Positions 57,246 to 64,000 of a DNA stretch of 64,000 nucleotides are shown here, in pieces (position 1 is the stretch's first letter; every line of letters begins with the position of its first letter). The stretch is from an uncultured Thermoleophilia bacterium (GTDB taxonomy: Bacteria; Actinomycetota; Thermoleophilia; Miltoncostaeales; Miltoncostaeaceae), in NCBI GenBank assembly GCA_963771025.1, contig CAVYRL010000003.1, forward strand, positions 354,267 to 418,266, given 5' to 3'. The translations under genes and the position numbers were made by a program. The notes under the pieces are model-generated. The model did not search any database. It was not told where the DNA came from and was given only the letters and a program-made list of their open reading frames with translations.

Positions 57246-57968
57246 CTACGCGTCCAGCGCCAGCGAGCCGTCCACGACCTGCTGGGCGACCTCCCCCAGC
57301 CGCGTGGAGCTGCGACGCGCGTAGAGGCGAAGCCGCGCGAACGCCTGATCCGGCGTTTCGCCGGCTCTCTGGGCGACGATGCCCTTGGCCTGCTCGATGG
57401 TGATCCTCGTCTGCAGGGCCTCCTGCATGTGATCCGCCACCGTCTGGGCGTCGTTGGCGCTCCTGCTCTGCAGGACGGCGATCGTGGCGACGTCGGCGAG
57501 AGCCTGGGCCGTGGCGATGTCCGATTCGCTCAGGGCGAAGGGTTCGGTCCGAAAGAGATTCATCGCGCCGAGCACCCGACCGCGCAGCCGCAGCGGGAAG
57601 GCGTGCGCCGCCCGGAAACCGGCGGCGGCCGCCACGGGGGCAAACCGGGGCCAGCGGACGTTCTCGTCCTCGAGGTTCAGGGTCGTCACCGACCTCCCGA
57701 GGTGGAAGCAGTCGCGGCAGGGACCCTCGTCCGACTGGATCTGGAACAGCTCAACCGCCTCGGTGGCCTCGCTCGTGGCCGCCATCAGGTGCAGGGTGCC
57801 GTCGGAGTCGGCCAGCAGGAGGCCCGCTGCGGCGGTATCGAGCAGCTCGACGCACCGCTCGGTGAGGAGCACCATCAGATCGACGACATCGAAGTCCTCC
57901 ACCAGGCAGTCCGTCAACTCGACGAGGGTCTGTGCGAGTCGCGTGTCCGCGGGTCGTGGGCCTGCCAT
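57246..57968 (-). CDS. GAF + ANTAR domain protein
   Basis: GAF (EGPC.DC) plus ANTAR (ALQTRITIEQAKGIVA...AFARLR.YAR). Confidence 0.93.
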   Translation of the reverse strand: MAGPRPADTRLAQTLVELTDCLVEDFDVVDLMVLLTERCVELLDTAAAGLLLADSDGTLHLMAATSEATEAVELFQIQSDEGPCRDCFHLGRSVTTLNLEDENVRWPRFAPVAAAAGFRAAHAFPLRLRGRVLGAMNLFRTEPFALSESDIATAQALADVATIAVLQSRSANDAQTVADHMQEALQTRITIEQAKGIVAQRAGETPDQAFARLRLYARRSSTRLGEVAQQVVDGSLALDA

Positions 57969-58024
57969 CTATCGATCCTCCCATTTTTCGATCGTTGGCA
58001 GCGATGTCGTTCGAGGCGCCCTTC

Positions 58025-58747
58025 TCAGCATTTCGCGAGGTCCAATCGGCGACCGACGACATCGTCGGATACCTGCGCGAGCGACCGGGCCTCCGAGAAG
58101 GCGTGGGCCCGCAGACGGATCAGGGCCTCACCGACTCCGACGGCCAGCTGGACGCTCACCATCCCCGAGGCCTGGTGCAGTACGGCGTTGTTCGCCGCCA
58201 GGGTCTCGAGATGGGGGCTCAGACCCTCGCTCCACGTCTCACCCTGGATGGCGAGGATCGCCGACGTCGCCAGGTCGGCGATACCGATCGCGTCGGCGTG
58301 CTGATCGTCCGAGAGCTCGCCCGCACGCGTCTGGTACACGGTGAGGGCCCCCAGCCGGATGCCGCCCAGCCGCAGCGGAAAGGAGAACACCGCCTGCGCG
58401 CCGGCCTCCGCGGCGCCGGAGGCGAAGGCGATCCACCGTTGCTGCCGGGGGTGCAGGAGATTGGGCTCGGCGACGGGGCGCCCCGTCGCGTGGGCATCCA
58501 CCGACGGCCCCTCGCCGAGCGTGAGCTGAAGATCCTCGAGACGGTCGGCCAGCTCGTCCGACGACGAGAGCACCGACGCGATGCCCTCGGTCATCACCAT
58601 CAGGCTGGCCCCGGACACGCCGAGCATCTCCACGCACGCGAGGCAGAGGTCGCGCGCCGGGTCGGGTCCATTGATCGCGCCGACGGCCGCGGCGATGCGC
58701 TGAAATCTCCCGAGGGGACCAGCGCCCATCCAGGGCACGGGGATCAC
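58025..58747 (-). CDS. GAF + ANTAR domain protein
   Basis: LGEGPS.DA GAF motif; VLHQASGMVSVQL...EALIRLRAHAF ANTAR-like motif. Start may be 58729. Confidence 0.9.
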   Translation of the reverse strand: MIPVPWMGAGPLGRFQRIAAAVGAINGPDPARDLCLACVEMLGVSGASLMVMTEGIASVLSSSDELADRLEDLQLTLGEGPSVDAHATGRPVAEPNLLHPRQQRWIAFASGAAEAGAQAVFSFPLRLGGIRLGALTVYQTRAGELSDDQHADAIGIADLATSAILAIQGETWSEGLSPHLETLAANNAVLHQASGMVSVQLAVGVGEALIRLRAHAFSEARSLAQVSDDVVGRRLDLAKC

Positions 58748-58907
58748 TCGCCGGCCGGACTGCCCGTGGCGTTCGTGCTGACGTGTGAAACGACGGTCCT
58801 CCTCGACGGGTCATCGTGTGATGACGCCACCGGGGACCGGGGCAGCGGCTGGACTCTCGCTGAGATGCGTCGGCCGTGACCGAGACCGATGCTTCATTCT
58901 AGCGCAG

Positions 58908-58930
58908 CGACGGAGCAAGGTGCTCCGTCG
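58908..58930 (-). terminator. 10-bp hairpin after the oxidoreductase gene
   Basis: CGACGGAGCA-AGG-TGCTCCGTCG. Confidence 0.6.
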
Positions 58931-58947
58931 ACGACCGGCGCCGCGGG

Positions 58948-60042
58948 TCAGATGCGCCCCGCGGGAAGGCGCGAGAGGCCGAAGGGTTCCGCATCCACCG
59001 AATGCGCGCGCCCGTCGAGGATCATCTCGCTCACCATCCGCCCGGTCGCCGGTGCGTTGAGGATCCCCCACGAGGCGTGACCGGTGGCGAGGAACGCGCC
59101 CGGGGCGCCCGGCACCGGCCCGATCAGCGGGATGCCGTCCACGGTGAGCGGCCGGTAACACGCCGAGCGCGCGATCACCTCGGCCTCTCCGAGCGCGCTG
59201 GAGTGGACGCCGGCGATGCGGTGGAGCTCCTCGCAGGCCGCGTCGGACGGGGCGATCGCGTCCGGGTCGTCGGGCAGGGAGCCGTGCTCCGGGTGGCCCG
59301 AGACGTAGACCGAGCCCCCCGAGCGGGGGTACAGCTCGATGGTGTCTCGCCGGCGATTGCGGCTGACGAACTCGCTGAAGACCGCCTGAGGCGGCATCTG
59401 CGCGCCGAGCACGATGCTCGCGCTCTTGGTGCCGAAGACCTGGGGCAGGGCGATCCAGCGCTGCGCCTGGCTGGTCCATGGCCCGAGCGCGAGCACCGCG
59501 ACGTCGGCGGGATGGTCCACGCCGTCGATCGACACCGCGCTGAGCGCTCCGCCCGGTCCCGCGAATGCCAGCCCGGTGACGACGCCCGTCGTGAACTCCG
59601 CCCCGTTCTCGATCGCAGTTTCGAGGAGTGCTCGCGTGAACTGGAGCGGGTTGACCTGGGCGGTCGTCGCGGGGCTCCCGATGACCTCGTGGGCCACCAC
59701 GTTGCCGTCGAGCCACCCAGGGTTGGGCAGGCGCCGGTATTGCTCGAGATCGCCCTCGTCGGCCGCCGCGGTCATCAGCGCGTCCATCGGCCGGTAGCCG
59801 AGGCGCTCGGCGCCGAGCTCGTCGGCGATCTCGCGGTGCAGCGCAAAGCTCGCGCGCGTCAACGCGTCGAGGGGTGTCCCGGAGTTCCAATCGAGGGCGA
59901 GGAAACCGGCCGCCTTCCCCGATGCGGCCGCACCGGGCCGCGCCCGGTCGACGACCAGCGGCGTGGCGCCGCGCCGGGTGAGGAAGTACGCCACGGAGGA
60001 ACCGACCGCACCGGCTCCGCAGATCACGATTCTCGCGGCCAC
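58948..60042 (-). CDS. FAD-dependent oxidoreductase (D-amino acid oxidase/DAO family)
   Basis: ICGAGAVG, AASGKAAG, ACYRP...DG.PLIG and ATGH..WGI..AP.TG motifs. Confidence 0.9.
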   Translation of the reverse strand: MAARIVICGAGAVGSSVAYFLTRRGATPLVVDRARPGAAASGKAAGFLALDWNSGTPLDALTRASFALHREIADELGAERLGYRPMDALMTAAADEGDLEQYRRLPNPGWLDGNVVAHEVIGSPATTAQVNPLQFTRALLETAIENGAEFTTGVVTGLAFAGPGGALSAVSIDGVDHPADVAVLALGPWTSQAQRWIALPQVFGTKSASIVLGAQMPPQAVFSEFVSRNRRRDTIELYPRSGGSVYVSGHPEHGSLPDDPDAIAPSDAACEELHRIAGVHSSALGEAEVIARSACYRPLTVDGIPLIGPVPGAPGAFLATGHASWGILNAPATGRMVSEMILDGRAHSVDAEPFGLSRLPAGRI

Positions 60043-60188
60043 ACGAGAAGAGTAGTCGCGGCATGGGATCCGTGCCGCACGAGCCCGTCGCGCCGGCGGG
60101 GCCGTCGGCCAGAACCCGCTGTCGCCCGCGGCTCCTCCTGGAGCGGCCGGGGCGAGGGTCGCGCTCTTCCGACCCCCGCCCCGGCCGC

Positions 60189-60452
60189 CTACGACTCGAC
60201 GAGGAACACCACGGTCTCGGGCAGAACGCCGTCGTACTCCATCGCCGCGGCGGCCTCCGGGGTCTGCATCGCGGCCATCAGGGCGTTCAGATCGGCGACG
60301 TCGAAGGTCAGGGACACGTGAGTCGGGTTCTGCGGATCGACGAATGTGTGGAGGTTGGTGACGCCGAGCGGACCGAAGAACTCCTCCCGCCTCGGTGAGG
60401 CGAGCCAGTGCGCGGTGTCCTTGACGTCGTGATGCGCGTTGATGGTCGGCAC
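60189..60452 (-). CDS. Small alpha+beta barrel-like hypothetical protein
   Basis: GGAG RBS and strong GC3 bias; H.VKD..HW....F.DPQNP..V pattern. Confidence 0.75.
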   Translation of the reverse strand: MPTINAHHDVKDTAHWLASPRREEFFGPLGVTNLHTFVDPQNPTHVSLTFDVADLNALMAAMQTPEAAAAMEYDGVLPETVVFLVES

Positions 60453-60533
60453 GTGTTTCTCCCAAGGTCAGATGAAGGCCAATGCTCTCCGCCGACGAAC
60501 CTACGGCCGGTCCGGAGTCGGCGGCAAGCGGGC

Positions 60534-60875
60534 TCAGGCCCGTGCGGGCTCCGCGGGACCGCCGGGCTCGTCCAGGTGTCCCGCGCGCGAGGCCCACACC
60601 TCGAACACCCAGGTCCCGAAGGGCGGGATGCTGGCCAGCACGGCGATGATGCCGACGCGGGGGCTCCACCGCAGAGCCGACCAGGTCATCAGGGCGACCG
60701 CCACATAGAGCAGGAAGATCGCACCGTGGATCGGGCCGAACACCTGCACGCCGACCTCGTTCTCGACCACGACGTACTTGAAGAACATGCCGATCAGCAG
60801 CGCGCCCCACGAGATGGCCTCGGCGATGGCGACGACACGAAAGCGTCCGGCGGGCGTGCCGAGGATCGAGGACAC
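60534..60875 (-). CDS. DUF3817-like membrane protein
   Basis: FRVVAIAEAISW..LL, GPIHG..F..Y and ASIPPFGT..FE motifs. Confidence 0.85.
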   Translation of the reverse strand: MSSILGTPAGRFRVVAIAEAISWGALLIGMFFKYVVVENEVGVQVFGPIHGAIFLLYVAVALMTWSALRWSPRVGIIAVLASIPPFGTWVFEVWASRAGHLDEPGGPAEPARA

Positions 60876-61184
60876 GATGACTCCTGGTCGAGGGATATTC
60901 GGTCCACCGAACGTAGAGCGCCGGCGCCGGCGCCGGTAGCGACCACCCTCGCGGCGCAGAGGGCGGACCGTCCCCCGCTGCGACCCGTTGTCGGCGCATC
61001 GCTCACCCATCTGCGGCGGCTGCCGCTGGCGTTGGTGACGTCGACCGCCCGTTCGTGGTGGGGCTCGGAAGCGGCCACCATGACGACCGCATCGCCTCAG
61101 CGGTGGTGGATCTGGCCCGGCCGATGCCGGCAAGCGGCGTGCCGGGGATGCTGAGCCACCGCGCGCGCCGGTGAGGCGCCGCGG

Positions 61185-61850
61185 CTAGCTCCGGACCCCG
61201 GGCAGACGCCGGTCCAGCGCGAGGGCGCCGAACGAGATGCCCAGGAAGAGCACCGCCACGATCGCGCAGTTGAGCAGCACCACGGGGTAGCCGTGCGCCT
61301 GGACGTTCATGAAGGGGTACGCGTAGTAGTCGTTGCCGAAGCGGTCCTGCACGTTGGCTCCGCGCACGAGCGCGTAGATCAGCCAGCAGATCGGCGCGAT
61401 GGTCGCGAGCAGCACGACGCGCGGCGAGAGCCGGCCGCGTGGTCCGAAGACGAGCCACCCCAGCACGCAAAGGATCGGAGAGGCGGTGTGCAGCAGGAAG
61501 TCGGCGACCGCATCCCACCCGGTCAGCTCCTGAAGCTGCGCCAGGGTGAGGTGGAAGACGACCCCCGTGACCGCGATGGCCACCACGCCGTCCAGCCGGA
61601 GCGTGTGGAACAGCGCGGAGTCGCGGTCGAGCCGGATCGCCAGGAGCCCGGTGGTCGCCGCCACGGCGATGTTGGACAGCACCGTGAAGAAGCTGAAGAA
61701 GGTGATGACGCGGTCGGATGTCGCATCGAAGTACCCCGCACCGTCGCCGGCCGTGATCGACAGGATGAGCTGGAGCACGAGCCCGAAGGTGACCGCCACC
61801 GATGTCGCCCCGAAGGCGATGCGCGCCGTGGGCTCGTTGGTCACGTCCAT
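61185..61850 (-). CDS. Pr6Pr-like integral membrane protein
   Basis: FSFFT.LSN, TGVVFH..L, LLH..SP and YY.YPFM motifs. Confidence 0.8.
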   Translation of the reverse strand: MDVTNEPTARIAFGATSVAVTFGLVLQLILSITAGDGAGYFDATSDRVITFFSFFTVLSNIAVAATTGLLAIRLDRDSALFHTLRLDGVVAIAVTGVVFHLTLAQLQELTGWDAVADFLLHTASPILCVLGWLVFGPRGRLSPRVVLLATIAPICWLIYALVRGANVQDRFGNDYYAYPFMNVQAHGYPVVLLNCAIVAVLFLGISFGALALDRRLPGVRS

Positions 61851-62051
61851 ACGCTACCCGCGACGACGGCGTGCCGATGGCGTCCCGCCGGGCTCGCTCA
61901 GCCGGGATCCTCGTGCCGCGTGACCGCATCCTCGGCGCGGCGCAGCCCCTCCTCGGCCCGCCGCTCGGCCGCGCGCAGCCGATCCGTCACGGCTGCCTCG
62001 AGTGTGGCGCTGTCCAGCGTGGTGGCGCCCGGGTGGGCCGCGCCGTCGAGC

Positions 62052-63872
62052 TCATCGGCCGCGCCTGACGTCGGGAAACGTCCGATCCAGGGGCGCCGGC
62101 CGTTTCAGTCGGTAGCCCTGCGCGAAATCGACGCCGAACTCGGAGAGCACCGCGAGGCAGGCGCCCGATTCCACGCCCTCGGCGATGGTGCGCATGTGAA
62201 AGGCTCGGGCGAGGCTGACGATGGCCTCCACCACGTGCTGGCACGACGGGTCCGTGTGGAGGTCCCTGATGAAGCTCTTGTCGATCTTCAGGTAGTCGAT
62301 GTCCAGGTTCTTGACGTAGGTGAGGCCGCCGTAGCCCGCGCCGAAGTCGTCGAGGGCGAACTCGCAGCCCAGCTCGCGCATGCCCTCGATGAACTCCCGC
62401 GCGGAGCGCTCGTCCGTGATGACCGCGGTCTCGGTCAGCTCCATGATGATCAGGCGGGGATCGGCGCCCGAGGCGTCGATGATCTCGGCGAACGCGTTAA
62501 CCATCGACGGGTCCCCTACGGACGCCGCGGACAGGTTCACCGAGACGCGGTGGCCCCGAGCCGCAAGCCCCGCCCCCTGCAGCATCACCCACTGGTCGAT
62601 TTGCGCGATCAGCCCGGAACGCTCAGCCGCGGGAAGGAACTGCCCCGGGGCCTTCAGCTGGCCGGTCGGTTCGCGCATGCGGATCAGCAGCTCGTGCGCG
62701 TGCACGGCGCGCGTACCCGGGTCGACCACCGGCTGGGCGTAGAGCACCAACTCGTCCTGCGCCAGCGCGCGGCGCACGCGAGCGACCGTCGCGGAGTAGG
62801 CGCTCTCGTTCTTGAGCTTCTGCCCCTGCGCCTTCTGCGCGGAGATGTCCGAGAACACGATCACCGAGCCGGCGTCCCCGTGCTCGTTGGCGAACGGAGA
62901 GACCGTGTATGCCACCGGGAGCTCGAGCCCGTCGCGCCGGATGAAGACGTCGTCGGGGATGCGCGCGACCCTCCTCTCTGCACGGGCCCGATCGATCCGG
63001 CTCGGGCGTCCGCGGCGCCGGCCGGGACGGTGCCGTTCGACGACCTCCGACACCGGGCGCCCGAGGAGCTCGGCCTCTGTCCACCCCAACATCGTCTCTG
63101 CGGCGGTGTTGACCAACTGGACCATGCCCTTCTCGTCGAGCGCGAACACGCCCTCGCCGATGCCCCGCGTCAGGGCCGAGATGTAGTCGCGCGCGCGCCG
63201 GGTCTCGTTCTCCACCACGACCCGGGCGCCGATGTCCATCGCGACGCTGAGAACGCCGGTGCGCGCGTCCTCGTCGCCCAGCGCGCTCAGGCGCACTTCG
63301 ACCGGCACACACGAGCCATCCTTGCGACTCGCCAGCAGCGACCCCTCCCAGCGGCCGTGGCGGCCGACGATCTCGGTGCGGCGCGCACCGTTCGCGGCAC
63401 TGTCCGCCAGTGCCGCGAACTCGTCGTGTACCGCCCCAATCACCTCGGCGGCGCCCCAGCCGTAGAGGTGCTCCGCGCCCGCGCTCCAGTACGTGACCCT
63501 GCCCGCGGTGTCCCTCGCGATGATGGCGGCCCCGACGCCGTCGAGGAACCGGAAATCCGACGGCACGCCGCCCACCACCTGTGCCGGCGGGGCCGCGGCG
63601 CCCGTGATCGTGCCGCGCGCGATCGGCCCCTCCCCGAAGGGACCCTCCATCACGTCGACGGTCGCCATCGCACCGCCCGGCTCGTCGCAGAGGGGGCGCG
63701 CGATGGTCGCCCACGCCCGGGCGGACGCCGCCGCGCCGACGTCGGCCAGTATGCGCGCCAGGCGGGAGGGGCTCGGACGCGGCCCGTCGATCGGCCCCAT
63801 CGTCCGGAGGGCCACCTCGATCCGGCGCAGGCCGTGGCCGAGATCCCTCAGATCGACGTCGAACGCGCCCAT
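62052..63872 (-). CDS. PAS-PAS-EAL c-di-GMP phosphodiesterase
   Basis: Two PAS domains; LYAQP, ELLIR, VNLS, ELTE, ALDDFG.GY, LKIDKSF, AEGVE and QGY motifs. Start may be 63668. Confidence 0.92.
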   Translation of the reverse strand: MGAFDVDLRDLGHGLRRIEVALRTMGPIDGPRPSPSRLARILADVGAAASARAWATIARPLCDEPGGAMATVDVMEGPFGEGPIARGTITGAAAPPAQVVGGVPSDFRFLDGVGAAIIARDTAGRVTYWSAGAEHLYGWGAAEVIGAVHDEFAALADSAANGARRTEIVGRHGRWEGSLLASRKDGSCVPVEVRLSALGDEDARTGVLSVAMDIGARVVVENETRRARDYISALTRGIGEGVFALDEKGMVQLVNTAAETMLGWTEAELLGRPVSEVVERHRPGRRRGRPSRIDRARAERRVARIPDDVFIRRDGLELPVAYTVSPFANEHGDAGSVIVFSDISAQKAQGQKLKNESAYSATVARVRRALAQDELVLYAQPVVDPGTRAVHAHELLIRMREPTGQLKAPGQFLPAAERSGLIAQIDQWVMLQGAGLAARGHRVSVNLSAASVGDPSMVNAFAEIIDASGADPRLIIMELTETAVITDERSAREFIEGMRELGCEFALDDFGAGYGGLTYVKNLDIDYLKIDKSFIRDLHTDPSCQHVVEAIVSLARAFHMRTIAEGVESGACLAVLSEFGVDFAQGYRLKRPAPLDRTFPDVRRGR

Positions 63873-64000
63873 GGCGCGCGTGGGGGAGGCGCCCCATGCG
63901 ATGTGCTGGTGGACGCAGAGAAAGGCCGGAGGCGCATATCCGGCAAGGGCACGGCATTCGATGCCGATCAGCCACCGGTGGCCGCCCAGGCGGTGGACGT

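Noticed and set aside
60880-61180. Protein-like fragments in shifting plus-strand frames
   Set aside because: Could not be assigned to any family; too weak to call a pseudogene.

Overview
Very GC-rich actinobacterial DNA; the gene content and protein style suggest Thermoleophilia, which is my inference. The window has about 70 CDSs, three tRNAs (Arg-ACG, Ser-GCT, Ser-TGA; none encodes CCA), no rRNA, no CRISPR array and no intact integrase or transposase. The left part carries tadA, sthA, a CHASE-GGDEF-HD-GYP protein, a glycoside hydrolase, a CarH-type B12 photoreceptor divergent from a tightly coupled 5-gene operon, an NlpC/P60 hydrolase with a leader terminator, and a GAF kinase/response regulator pair with ADH and MMPL genes. 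From about 30.8 kb the region looks like an accessory hotspot around the tRNAs. The tRNA-Arg 3' end plus downstream flank occurs three times (about 30.8, 34.2 and 39.0 kb), with decay increasing leftwards, bracketing two integrase-less cassettes. Main leads: (1) a DUF3494 ice-binding protein ending in a bare ...GFTG* and translationally coupled to an L,D-transpeptidase, a possible sortase-independent anchoring module; (2) a second ice-binding protein on a 51-triplet collagen stalk; (3) the CarH-linked operon with no carotenoid genes; (4) a bistable hairpin pair upstream of an ABM-SQR-GMC operon. Several single-base frameshifts sit in short runs and may be assembly errors. All family calls come from motif recognition by eye, with no database searches.
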